A DNA stretch of 64,000 nucleotides, taken from contig CM119371.1 of the NCBI GenBank assembly GCA_051294905.1, positions 20,090,001-20,154,000 of the forward strand, in the 5' to 3' direction. Numbering within the stretch: position 1 is the first letter of the stretch; every line of letters begins with the position of its first letter. The translations under genes were made by a program, and so were the position numbers. The stretch is from Botryllus schlosseri. Its lineage: Eukaryota. The notes under the pieces were generated by a model that was given only the letters and a program-made list of their open reading frames with translations, had not been told where the DNA came from and searched no databases. Shown here piece by piece: positions 50,776 to 63,351 of the stretch.

Positions 50776-52716
50776 CAGACATGGGGTAATCGCGATTAGT
50801 AATCGTAATCGATTACGACGATTACAGCATTGTCAAGTAATCGTAATCGCAATCGATTACAGTCGAAAAAATCCCGAAGTAATCGTAATCGTAATCGACT
50901 ACTTCCCATATTTAATCGATTTCTTTGTGAAAGAACGATTACTTTTTATTTGTACAAGGCTTGTGACATAAACTGAACACTCGTGAACAAGGAAGAGATA
51001 TTATACCAGTTATTGAGAGCACAAACTTCTGATTTTCAAATGCCACTGCTCATTATTACGTCAGAGGTAGCCTATTAGCTTTGCTCGTCTTTGCGTATAG
51101 GAAGTGTCCACACATAGTAATTGGTGTTATTGTAAGAAAGCCCACCGTGCTGTATATCGGTTTATCAATACATTTCAGACGCCACTACCTCGCATCAGGA
51201 TAATTAATCATAATCACCTCTCTGCCTAAGTTAAAATAGCAACTTTTATATTGATGTTTGGTTATGCTTAGTTAAATTATAGAATGTATAGTTCTAATTC
51301 TAGAGTTAAATGCAGTTTCACCGTTGCTGCTTGGCGTGCAGTAGGCCTATATGGTACGAACGTACAGCAGACAAAGGTTTAAAATTTTGTACTTGTCAAA
51401 TAAAACATTACGGTTTCCACAACGAAGCATTAAAATCAACAGCTCCTGATATATATCTTAACTGGCCGTCGTTTTGCCGTTTCTCGTAATGACAGCTTGC
51501 ATTACATTATCTGCATTAAGTTGAAGGCAGAATATTATGTTCACTTTCTGTTATTCTCATATTAGTCTACTCAAAACGGGCGCCAATCGCTATTTCACAA
51601 TTCTTTACTGAACATTTGGACTTGCCGCCATAGTCATTAGCGCGGGTTGTAGCTAGAATCAGGATCAAAACAGCAAAAGCGTCCCCCGACCAAACTTTGG
51701 TCTTGGGCCCCCATAGGGTAGTCAATTCGGAACTTGAAGATTTAATTTCGTCAATAATATTGGTAATTGCATTATATTGCATTTTAATCCTATCTCATCG
51801 CCCGATGGTCAGATTTACCTGAAGAGCGGGGGGGGGGGGGGGGCGTAATTCATAATTATAACATCTGGTATCATGCAATAATTACTTTATTGTATGTTGT
51901 TAATTCGTGACCTCCGGTCTGTTATATAGCCAAAAGATATCGATTGTAGTGGCCCAAACAGGAGACTGAAAGAAAAACTTCCGTGAGACGCACACACAAA
52001 TTGTCATGTCTAATGCTCTGGGTGGGTGCCCGGGTGGCATTTGCATCGTGGGCTCAGATTGGAAGGAATGGACTGTTGGTCACGCCCACCCAGCGCGGCT
52101 ATTAACAGTGAACACATACCCTAAGTTTTGGCCAATGTCTTTTTTAATAGCACACTCATTCGTGGAGTCTCATGTTGGCCGAAACTGCATATGTCTTTTG
52201 ATGTGTCGAGGAGTCGTACTGCATGACTGACACCTAAATGCCTATTATTATGAATTATGCATGCTTTATTTCTTGAGGGGGAGACGTATGCATTTCGAAA
52301 TCAAGCTATCTAGAGACATTTAAATCGCAAAGCTCAAAGAGAAATTCCGAGGAATTGGGGGTGAGGCAGTTATGGACCTGGCAAGAATGCAACTCATTGG
52401 GTGTGATAAACCGTCCTCTATAAAATAGGCGAAAGGTACATTATGACGTAACAAGGTAATGTTCCATCTTTTTTAAAGACAGTAGTTATATCATTGGGCC
52501 TTTCCAGCGCAATCCATGTATTGTCTTCCAATATAACTACTACGATGCAAAATAAATGTAATCGTGAGTAATCGTGATTACTTTTCCAATGTAATCGTAA
52601 TCGTAATCGACTACTTCCCGATTTTGCTGTAATCGTAATCGTAATCGTAATCGCGTGATTTAGAAGTAATCGTAATCGCAATCGATTACATTCATGAAGT
52701 AATCACCCCATGTCTG
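50776..52716. mobile_element. hAT-type non-autonomous element with (GTAATC)n subterminal arrays
   Basis: TIR CAGACATGGGGT; perfect TSD AACAGGAT (50768-50775, 52717-52724). Confidence 0.9.
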
Positions 52717-53327
52717 AACAGGATATAATTTATCTTTTCCTAATCAGTGCAGCAGCAGCTTTCCATTGATATCCGTTTTATCGAATTTGGCGCTCGGCAA
52801 GCCGGTCAAAAATGGCCGTAAAGTTGCGTTTGGTCAAATGGAAAGTATGACGTAACCCAAATGCAGTGCCTAGAAGTGTAGAAGTTTACTACAAGTTGGC
52901 ATATACGGAATTAAAATAAAAACAATCTGCCTGGTTAAAATGACCATTTTAGTCGAAAAACACCATGAATACCTCAAAGCACAAACAAACACGTTGATCA
53001 ATGTTCAAAACTTTATTTCTTTTTCCTGTGTGCTTGAGTAATAGTACCAACAGGATTCCTCCAATGGCAATAGTTCTGAAAAATAAAATCATTGGCAGAT
53101 GTACTTTTACTTAGAGACAATAGTCGCGTTGGGTAAATAGTATATTGTGTTTCTCAAACGTTCTTGACTCATCGCCCATGATCGCTCTCCACATGTATTT
53201 ACCCGCCTAACATTCAGAGGTAAGTAGTAGAGAATTAAATTCACTCTTGCGGAGGACTTAAGCAGTTTTTATATCGTTATGTTTCCTGGTCAAGTAGTTT
53301 TATTTCTATGCACGGCGCCAGGATGAT

Positions 53328-53726
53328 TAGAGCGCGACCGATTAACGGTTCGTCGATAATGTCGAATCGATATTATACTTTGAAATAATTATCGGTATCG
53401 GCCATTGGAGGTGAAAAAATATCGGCAGTTTTCGTGACGTCACAGCATGATGGTAGAAGTCAGAAAACTAAAATCCTTCACCGCCAGACTTGGAATATTG
53501 CTATGTTTCATATAGCTTACATTTCCAAGGTGCCCAGATGCAGACATGCTAGTTTATTTCCTGTTCAAGTATGACAATGGCTAAAACGCTGTTGAAATAA
53601 ATGCTCTCAAATTTTTAAAATGCGCCTTGTGAGGTAGATTCCACCTTATCGGAATATCGGCTGAATATATCGGTGTTTTCGGTGAAGGTGTTAGATATCG
53701 GCTTTATCGGTATCGGTCGGGCTCTA
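53328..53726. mobile_element. MITE with TAGAGC(G/C)CGACCGAT termini and TATCGG repeats
   Basis: 15-bp imperfect TIR; TSD not clear. Confidence 0.65.
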
Positions 53727-54637
53727 CATAGGATTAATGCTAAATGTTGTCTAATGTAAAATTACAGCACGACTCTTCTTTCACTATTTACTAATTATGC
53801 GGTTTGGGTGACTGAGAAGCCAGGATACACCGACTACATTAAAACCGATAAATTACAGTTGAATTCGAACGGACTATAGAATCCACTTTTCGGCGGTGTG
53901 CCAGCGACTTGGCAACTCTTCTTTCTCCGAGCGTCATATAATTCAATAATTTCTTCACCATAGCGACATTTTAATATGTATGTAATATTTGTTGAGTTTC
54001 TCGCAAATAAAAAGTTTCTTCGCGATTCGCAGTGGATAGTTTGCACGTACCCGGGGTCAATATGTTGGTGCTATGATGAATAAGCGGGGCACGCACAAAA
54101 GTCGTTACAATACGAGATGGCTTCATGGTGAAAATTGGCCGAGCTTTGCCACACAAGTTGATTTGAATTCATGAAAAGGTTTTATCGACATTGGTATCTC
54201 TTTAAAACGCAATCGGAGACAGCTTGAATGCGTAAGGGTAGAGTTGCCAGGCTACGAGACACAGGTATTTCGAGGCGAACACCTTCCGTGCTAGGACGGA
54301 AATGCGACGTGCAAGTGAAAATGCACCCCAATTTGAAATCACGTCCGCCAGACATGTTTCATAAGGCTGCGATGCGTGTAGTTGTTGTTTGCACGGTCTC
54401 TAATTCATACATGCCCGTGAAATCATAGCATACTAATATTGAGAATGCATTCTTTCCGGCTTATACGGCTTGGGTCGCGAGATGCCACTAAAACTAAATA
54501 TATAGTGTGTGTGTGTATGTGTGTCAGTGATCACGAAATCAGTTTGTAAGCATTGAAATTCGATGTTAATGATGGTAATGATGTAACCTATGCTATCTTC
54601 GTAATCTTTACGATACCATAGAAATAATTAAAGTCAG

Positions 54638-54676
54638 TCATGGACAATTGAAGGCGTTGTTCCAATCACAAAAGTT
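54638..54676 (-). CDS. Secreted cationic Cys-rich peptide C2, exon 3 (NFCDWNNAFNCP*)
   Basis: Acceptor acattcgtcag, phase 0; TGA at 54638-54640; 36/39 nt identical to C1 exon 3. Confidence 0.7.
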   Translation of the reverse strand, partial: NFCDWNNAFNCP

Positions 54677-54963
54677 CTGACGAATGTTATTTAAATATTT
54701 CGTTGCATCACTGACTTTCGCATTCATTTCTTGGTTACTAAACCAATGATTACTCGTTTTATACCCAAATGTCGTCAAAGATACTTGGATAGTAAATCTT
54801 ACAGCAGGTGTATCAGTTACATCTGTATGTCACTATATTTTGATACTAATAAGTTGATTACACTGTATATAAATACTATTTGGGGAAAAGCTGATTGATG
54901 ACTCATGCATGGTACGGACTTGTGTGAAATCGGAGATAAACATGCAGCACTGTTGTTATTTAC

Positions 54964-55093
54964 CTGACATTGTTTTAAGTGTTTCGTCGTCTTCTTGCAC
55001 TTTCTGACAGACGGTTTAATCCCTCCAGACTTCAAGCAAGAATATTTCCTTTTACTCAGCTTCCTTGACAAACAATATCGTGTACAGTGACCT
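54964..55093 (-). CDS. Secreted cationic Cys-rich peptide C2, exon 2 (G-GHCTRYCLSRKLSKRKYSCLKSGGIKPSVRKCKKTTKHLKQCQ)
   Basis: Acceptor gttttcttgcag; donor CAG|gtaaat; 130 nt; lies within ORF 54817-55110. Confidence 0.85.
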
Positions 55094-55471
55094 CTGCAAG
55101 AAAACAGCACATGAATTTAGTATAAAGTGTTATCGAATCGAAACACTTGGCATTGCAGGTGTACCAACTGCTGGCGAGATGGATAGGCCGCGAGTCACCT
55201 GTGAGTGCTTCGGCACTATTTGAACTAAACTATATACATCGCTCCCCTACAAACTTAATAAGTCGCATAGATGGCATGGATGAATCCTGCACTCTTAACA
55301 CAAAAAGTACATTGCCACAATCCGAAAGCTGTTGTAACGTAAATATTTCCTACTTCACCACAGTGATATGCCTCCATAATAATTGGCGTATTTCATCCTT
55401 TTTTAACGAATATGTTTTGTCATCAATTCCGTCATGTGTCAGGAACAATCTCACGTGGACGATACAGTTAA

Positions 55472-57563
55472 GGCCCTAAGGTACTGCTGGACTGACAAAA
55501 TTTTCAATTTTTTTTTTATTGCATAATCCTAAAGTATGAAACTAGTTCCTTTCAAAAATGTATTGCTCTTGTCTGATTTCGAATTAGAAGTATGGTAAAA
55601 TGCGATTTGAAATCCCCCATTTTCGTAGAAAGTCACCCCCCCATACAATTTCATATATTTAGACTCATTCAAAATTGTCTATAATCAGTGGTGGCCCTAC
55701 GAACGGGGGGGGGGGGGGGGGGCTGGGCGAGACTTACCGGGGGGCCCCCCTATAACTATCTATCCGTAACTTCTGCATCGGTTATTATTATCTATCTTTC
55801 ACCAACACAAAGGTTTGCCCAGGTGCTGGCTTCGGCCATGTCAAGGATAGACAACATCAAAACTAAGTAAGTCTACCGCATGGAGAGACGTGATGATTAT
55901 CGGGATACGGGACTTTTCTAACAAATGCAGTGATTTGATGATGATTGACACATCTGTACGGAATCATATTCTTGCTTCGTGCACGGATTTCCATGTTTAT
56001 TCGTCATTATCCTTGAAAAAAGCGCAAAATCCAAATAGGGGGCCCCTTCGACCAGGGGGCCCCGGGCAACCGCCCTCCTCGCCCACCCCAAAAGCCACCA
56101 CTGACTATAATCACTCTGCCGTGCTGATATTATACAATAAATGAAAGAGCCATATCTGTAATCGATGAAGCGTGGCTTTCACAACATTTAGCAGGCCAGC
56201 AGCTGTTCGCTCACCTGGGAATAGCTGCAAGCTGCCAATATTATGAGTGTTGTTTATCATATTGTATATTTTCAAGATTGCCTTGGCATATTTTGGTAGC
56301 TAATCGTTTAATTGACCGGTAAGACAAAGGCATACACTACGAAGGCATTTCGCAATAGGAAAAGATGAAACCATGCAGAAAAGTAAAGTGTACCAGTGGT
56401 TTCGGAACAGCTGAACTGAATAATCAAAGAAATCTTGTGAAAAAGATTGGAGCTTTCACCGCATTCAACATCTGCTAACGGTGGTTCGGATTCGGCGTAA
56501 TCATTTTTCCTAGCAGTTTCTACATTTTGATGCAGTCGTTCCAAAAATACTGAATTGTCTGACTGTGGCTCATCTGACAAAGGATATTGGAACTGCATAC
56601 AGACTACAGCATAAGGATTATGCAACTCAAATTAGTATCAGAATGTCATGATGAAATTGATGCTAAAAATTGTATGTTTGAAAGGTCTCGGAGGGAAATA
56701 TGGATGTAGTATCTTCACCCATACCAACTGCAATAGGTATTTTGACAATGTCGAAGTATTCTTGATATGTTATTTCATATTTACAAGATCTAACTGGTGT
56801 CCAATTCAAGGTTTGCAAATTTTTCGAATACGGTATAGCAGTTTTGAGTAAAAAAATCATCAAATCACTCATACTTTATATGACTTATTTGGCATTTAGA
56901 CACATTCAATTGTCTTCAAATTTGGCTATTTACTGATTTAAGCATGCCTGCACCATTTAAAAGCAACAGATTTCAAACACCTGCTCTACTTTCTCATCAA
57001 AATATTTTTCAATTTTCAAAGTTGATTTTCTCCCACTTCTAGTTTTTGGTAATATTGTGTCACGGGGACAAGAAATTTTGATATCAGAATACCTTCAATC
57101 CTAATCAAACTTGGCTCAGTACAAGTAGTAGGACTGTTCTACCTGCTAAGACTATTACTTTTGCTATAGGGGTTATAGTCAACTTTCTATGCTACCTATT
57201 ATCTGATTTTTATGAAAAAAAATCGAAAATTCGGCACCGTACTACTACAAAACAAATATTTCGTAAAATCGGAAGTTTCACGCATTTCAGCAGGTGCTTA
57301 GAGGCCTCAGGACACTTTATAAAGCATTGCTTAGAATATCTCAGCATCCATCAATGAGACAGGGGTTTCCCCGTGCTAATCGTCCGATTCACCTATCTCC
57401 CCCTCAATTTGGGCCCAAGGAATCATTGTGAAATGCTGAAATTTATACAGCATATAAAGTTGAGTATGAACAGCTTACAGACCAATTTTTGAGAATCTAG
57501 CATTTACTGTTAATAAAATATCGCAATTTGAAAATTTTGTGGGTCTAGCAGTACCTTAGGGCC
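55472..57563. mobile_element. Kolobok-like DNA transposon (non-autonomous or decayed) in the C2 intron
   Basis: TTAA on both sides (55468-55471, 57564-57567); ~36-bp TIR GGCCCTAAGGTACTGCT(G/A)GAC..ACAAAATTTTCAA starting with purines; paralog has a single TTAA at ~39255. Confidence 0.8.
55686..56103. mobile_element. hAT-type MITE nested in the Kolobok-like element
   Basis: CAGTGGTGGC / GCCACCACTG; TSD TCTATAAT vs ACTATAAT; GGGGGCCCC motifs. Confidence 0.8.
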
Positions 57564-57814
57564 TTAATCAGAAGAAACAGGACTGGTAATTATCTTTAAG
57601 CATGCTCCCATGCTAAATATCAAGGAAATTAGAAGAATAATTAATGTTTCTGTGGCCATATATGTTCCGTATTAGCGACAAATGCATTCATACACTGCCG
57701 ATGATATGTGTTCGCTCTGCTTTTCCATTGAGTTTTCTATCTAAGTTGAAAAAGCATAAAATCCAACTTATTAGTTACATATGCTATTTTCTATACATCG
57801 ATATCAATACATAC

Positions 57815-57930
57815 CCTTCAAGTCTTCTGACATCACTCGATTTGTTTCTACGCCTGCGGGCCACGGTGCAACGAAGTTCACAACATATCAAGACGCAAGT
57901 CAATGCGGCGAGTACGATAGCTATTCTCAT
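57815..57930 (-). CDS. Secreted cationic Cys-rich peptide C2, exon 1 with signal peptide (MRIAIVLAALTCVLICCELRCTVA-RRRRNKSSDVRRLE)
   Basis: ATG at 57930; upstream acceptor catctcgtgcag; donor GG|gtatgt; 116 nt as in C1; joins to a 94-aa ORF. Confidence 0.85.
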
Positions 57931-59035
57931 ATCGAAATTCAAAGTCCTGCACGAGATGTAAACGCCAAAATTGATGTTTTGTATGTCACATTTTCATTAG
58001 GGATGTGATAAATTGCATCGAGTACGTAGCTTACGATGAGCAGTAGCAAATCTTTAATTGTTGCTCATTATGAAGTCATTGAAATTAGGGTGTTGTGGGC
58101 AATTTTGCATTGCATTAGATCTCTATATCCTCGCCAATTTCCAAGGTCGACTTTTGTATTGCATAAATGTTACAAGAGTCCGACGGCGAGGTGTTTCCTG
58201 CTTACTTTATGCTTCGAGATTTGACATCAACCTAATTAAATGTAGTGTATATAGGACATAAATCGTGACTGTGGGCTTTTCTGGATATAAGTAATGTACT
58301 CAGGGAAATGCACAAATCTGGCTACATACATATCTACTATACTATCTACATACTATCATACTAAAACAAACTTTACATCATTCATGTTCTGGGCACAAAT
58401 GCTCAAATAGGTGATAAGTGCCAAAGACTGTTCAATTAAGACTAAACATCAGCATATTAATATGGCTACGGAGGTAAAGAACCGCTATTAATAGTTAAAG
58501 ACATAATTGTCTCACCAACGCAATGTAAGTAACCATTGTTTAAGATCTCGAAAAGTGTTTCATGTTGTAACAAAGAATACCGCACACGTTTCAAGGTGAC
58601 GTAATGCTCAAAACAAAGATTTTCTACGATTTTGCTGATCATTTGGAGTTGCATGATCTGAAGCGTATGCTACGGCGCGTGTCTTACCACTTCATGTTCG
58701 CTTGACTGCACTTTACGGTAACTGCGAGGCAAGCAATACGGGACATTCTCCTCAGACAGTACGAAGTACAACATTGTTTACACCCACTATGACATTGCCA
58801 ACGGTGCGTTGGAAATTTCCACGCGAACTTATGGCATCATGTTGATGACTATAGCTGCACCAACCTATACTCAAGGCCATGCGACAGGTAATGCTACCAG
58901 TTTTCTTATATCAGAGGTCGTGTCTGGTCGACTTAAGTTCAATTGCTAGTCAAAATGGAGCATCGGTTTGTACATGTGTTGTGTATAAATTCTAAGGCTC
59001 GTCAAAAATCAAAATTTGGCGTTTTGAGTTTCAGT

Positions 59036-59970
59036 CAGTGTTGGGATGACTCGAGTCATGACTTGACTCGAGTCAGACTTGAGTCACCTTTTTCGTATGA
59101 CTTGACTTGACTCGAGTCACTTTGTTAAAATGACTTGACTTGACTTGACTCGGCGTATTAGAAATGTGGTTTGACTGGTGACTCGGAGCAAAATGCACGA
59201 GTCAATTTCAAGTCATGAAGTAATCGGTGTCGATAGAAATCACTGTATCTTGCACATGGTCGTATTGTTCGCGAAACGCTGGTGTAACCCGTGAGAGCGA
59301 CCAATCATTCAATGATCGTGCGCTTTACTGAGACTCCATTGCTCTCTCACAAATAAATTGACCGCATACGAAGTGATCGAAGTTTACAGCTTACGTTATC
59401 GTAAGCTAGTTTAGTAAAGTAATGTAATTGCAAAAGGTCAATTTCTGTTCTCTGCTGTTACCTTAACCAAATATCTTGTTTCATTTTGAGCTTCAATTCG
59501 AATATACAATATAGTTTGTATGGTCCTCAACTATTGGCGCAGGGTCGAATTGTATCATATCAATTTAATACTGGATGATGTATTGCATCTTGTCTTGTCT
59601 ATTCTCTATTTTGACAGGTAACTAGAAACTTACGTAGTTCAACAGTTCTACGTACAAGTGAGCGATACAGGGCCTTCTTGCGTGCATATTTAACTCTATC
59701 AGAATCAGTCACCACTTAATGTGTATTCCAGACAGCTCGCAAGATACAAAGACGTAATCATGCCTCATACTTCGAATAGGCAACTTGACTTGAATTGTTA
59801 CTTGACTCGTGACTTGACTTGACTTGACTCGACTTGACTCGAGTCACCTGCAAAAATCGAGTGACGTGACTTGACTCGAGTCACTTTCGAAAATCGACTG
59901 ACTTGACTTGACTCGAGTCAAAATGTGCAATGACTCGTGACTCTAAGATAGTGGCTTGATCCCGACACTG
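59036..59970 (+). mobile_element. hAT-type element with GACTCGAGTC/(GACTT)n arrays
   Basis: TIR CAGTGT(T/C)GGGAT; TSD GTTTCAGT vs GTTTCAGC; empty site at ~44565-44572. Confidence 0.9.
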
Positions 59971-60813
59971 GTTTCAGCGCGACTAAAATTCATTTCACAC
60001 TCAAGAATTCATGTTTAGTCGTTAATAACAGATTTCGCGTCCCCTGTTTAGGCATTAAATTGTCGAGAGCTTATAACTCGGTGGCTGTGGATTTGAAATA
60101 TAAACGTATAAGACTGAAATACATATCGATGGCTGCATATCACAGCAAATTGAAAATAAATCAATTACGTCCCTAACAATACTCCATTTGTGGTAATAAT
60201 CTATCAATCTGAATGTCTGAGTTGAAACGGATTCATGCAATTACTGATATACGACATAGTACTCGTTAGTTGCTTGACTCGAGACTACGATATTCCGATA
60301 TATTGGTTCTAGCAATGTCGCTATGTTTGCCTTTTGCCATACTCTTACGGCATAGGATTTACAACCACCGCGTCGTAGGTATGAGTGGATCATATATTTG
60401 AACTAACCGACAGAGTCGATTGGTTGCTATAATGGCGATTCTGCGAAAAAAAAAAGTAATTTTCGCGACGAAACCACGTTAATTTCCTTTTATTATGTTT
60501 TTTTTTTTTCAGATGACATTTGCAGGTGTGGAAATGGAAATCGCACACATACTGGAATTATGACCGACAAAGATACCATAGCTGAAGCTGCTTCTGCGCG
60601 ACAGCGAATATTGGAAATACAAAAACTGACGCAATATTGATGTCGGTGTGATAGGATACATTTGAACGAGCACTTTGGTGGTAACATTGAGTCATAACTA
60701 CAGCTCTAAGGAAACGCCGACTAGATTGGAACTATCATTTGAATATTGAAATAAGGCGACAGATCCATTTCAGGGGCGGGGATCATGATGACTACAAAAT
60801 CACAGATGACGCT

Positions 60814-61118
60814 GGGAAGCGAGTGGCGCAGTTCGTTAAACACTGCTGTCACGACACCAATGGTTGCTGGTTCGAGTCTCGGCTCTCCCCTGTTTCTATG
60901 TGTCGGAGGTTTATCTGGGCTTTTCAAGGCGCTGTATTTACAGCGGGATCGGCGATGAGGAGAGAGAAGAAGAGAGAGCTGAACTCTGGAAAGATGGCAG
61001 CTAAAGACCAGAAAAACGAAGCAAGAACGCAAAAGACATTGTGTTAATGCAATTGATGTGCTGGGCGCAAATAACCATATGGCGATAAGCGCCAATGTTG
61101 TGAATAAAACAAACAAAC
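60814..61118 (+). mobile_element. tRNA-derived SINE with (AAAC)n tail
   Basis: A-box TGGCGCAGTTCG, B-box GGTTCGAGTCT; ~12-bp imperfect TSD ACAGATGACGCT / AGAGGTGACGCT; empty site at ~45850-45861. Confidence 0.85.
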
Positions 61119-61402
61119 AGAGGTGACGCTAGAAATAGTAGCAATTTTCGAACATTCATTCCGTTACCGTGATGCAGAGGCTCTTTTACACAATGATACT
61201 GACCATTTCTGTTATAAAATTCATGTAATGTTAGAACCTAAAACCGATTTTTACTTTTCAAAATCTAAATTTTAACTACTACGTAGAAGGGCCTGAAAGC
61301 ATCTACAAATAGTGGCATAGTCTGAGAACATTATCATGTGAGTAGTACCGGATAGCAAAACCGACCCGAGTACTGCTGTTGCCGAAATTCGCTACCCTAA
61401 AC

Positions 61403-63081
61403 CAGTGTTGGGATCAAGTCACTACCTTCGAGTCACGAGTCATTTCGAGTCATTGCACATTTTGACTCGAGTCAAGTCAAGTCAATCGATTTTCAAAGGT
61501 GACTCGAGTCAAGTCAAGTCACTCGATTTTTGGAGGTGACTCGAGTCAAGTCGAGTCAAGTCAAGTCAACTCACGAGTCATGTCACAATTCAAGTCAAGT
61601 TGCATTTTCGAAGTATGAGGCATGATAACGTCATTTCCTTTTGCTAGCTGTCTGAAATACAGATTGAGTGGTCATTGATTTTGAACCGATGAACGAATGT
61701 AGAGTTAAATATACACGCAAGAAGGCGCTGTATCGATCACATATAAGTAGAACTGCTAATCCTCGGTTTATAGTTACAAGCCAAGATAGAGAATAGATAC
61801 GAATTGATAAGATGCAATACATTGCGCATTGGCAAATCGATATGATACAATTCGAGCCAGCGTCAATGGTTGAGGACTATAGGGTTGCCATACGTCCGGA
61901 ATTTCCCGGACATGTCCGGAATTTCACTGTTCAAGCTAGCGTCCGGGAGGAATTTCTAAAATATGCCAAATGTCCGGAATTTTGAAGACTTGACGTAGGC
62001 TCATAATTTTTTCGTAAATCAACATAAAAACATTATTTTTAGGACTATATTTATGCTGATGCATGATATTTTTCTTCGCGCTGCGCGCGATTTACAATAA
62101 CATTCATTGATTTTAATATGGAGACTACCACTCTCGTAAAAACTGCAATAAAATATATATATATATAAACAACCTTCATTTACTGGAATAAGCCTAATTG
62201 TAATCGGAGAACGGTATATTCCTAGAGATTGTTGAGGCCGTTTAAATGCTTTATTCAAAGATAATGTTTCCGAACGTGGGGCTCGTTTGGCTTAATTCTG
62301 GGGTTTGCGAATAGGTTGAACGTAATCAGGTTCCAGAATTGCCCGTGAGGAAGTCTGGGAAAGGGTGCTGACTTCTTTTAGTAATCAGTTCGTCAAATTT
62401 TGATCTAGGCCACGGAACATTTTCAAATTGGAGATAGAGTCGAGACCATAAAAGGTTGGAAACCACTGGATCTGTTACCCAACATATAGCCACATACTCC
62501 TGAACCGGATCGTGACCACCTCTGGTCTATGAGCAAAGCTATTCTAGTGGGACGTCATAACTCATTTTGGAATCCACTAGTGGCCGCTGAAGAGCGTCCA
62601 TAATTTGGGTCGCAGAAATATGGTAACCCTAAACTATATTCGAATTCAGTTTCACAATAGGTTTGGTTATAAAGGTAAAAAAAGAGAACAGAATTTACTT
62701 TACTATACTAGTTTACGACAACGTAAGCTGTAAGCTTCGATCACTTCGTTTGCGGTCAATTCATTTGTGAGAAAACAAGGCAGGCTCAGTAAAACGCACG
62801 ATCATTAAATGATTGGTCGCTCTCACGGGTTACGCCAGCGTTTGGCGAACAATCCGAACATAAGCAAGATGCAGTGATTTTGATCAAAGCCGATTACTTG
62901 ATGACTTGAAATTGACTCGTGAATTTTGCTTCGAGTCACGAGTCAATCCACATTTCTGATAGGCCGAGTCAAGTCAAGTCAAGTCATTTTAGCAAAGTGA
63001 CTCGAGTCAAGTCAAGTCATACGAAAAAGGTGACTCGAGTCTGACTCGAGTCAAGTCATGACTCGAGTCATCCCAACACTG
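61403..63081 (-). mobile_element. Second GACTCGAGTC-family element, inverted relative to 59036-59970, with nested insertion 61880-62631
   Basis: TIR CAGTGTTGGGAT; perfect TSD CCCTAAAC (61395-61402, 63082-63089); empty site at ~46106-46113. Confidence 0.9.
61880..62631 (+). mobile_element. TAGGGTTGCCA-terminated hAT-type element
   Basis: TAGGGTTGCCAT / ATGGTAACCCTA; TCCGG repeats; absent from sister element 59036-59970; TSD not preserved. Confidence 0.75.
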
Positions 63082-63351
63082 CCCTAAACTACAGCCAAGC
63101 CCTCGCTATCGATATATGTACGTTCCTAATTTCTTCCTTGCGAACGCGATAATTGGCTGAAGAATATAAACACAGCGTCTTATATAAAAAAGAGTTATTG
63201 ACGCAACAAATCATGTTAGCCGATTCAGTGGCAAGTCCGTGACTTTAACCGGTAGGATATCTATCGTATTTCAGTATGTCTATATTTAACTCGCCTTAAG
63301 GCTTCCGCGCCGTTGTGAAAACAGGAGGGAGTTACTCACCTCACTTTACAG

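Noticed and set aside
59036..59970. Regularly recurring GACTCGAGTC/GACTT motifs resembling a CRISPR or iteron array
   Set aside because: No constant repeat-spacer period; eukaryotic context; they are subterminal arrays between TIRs with a TSD.
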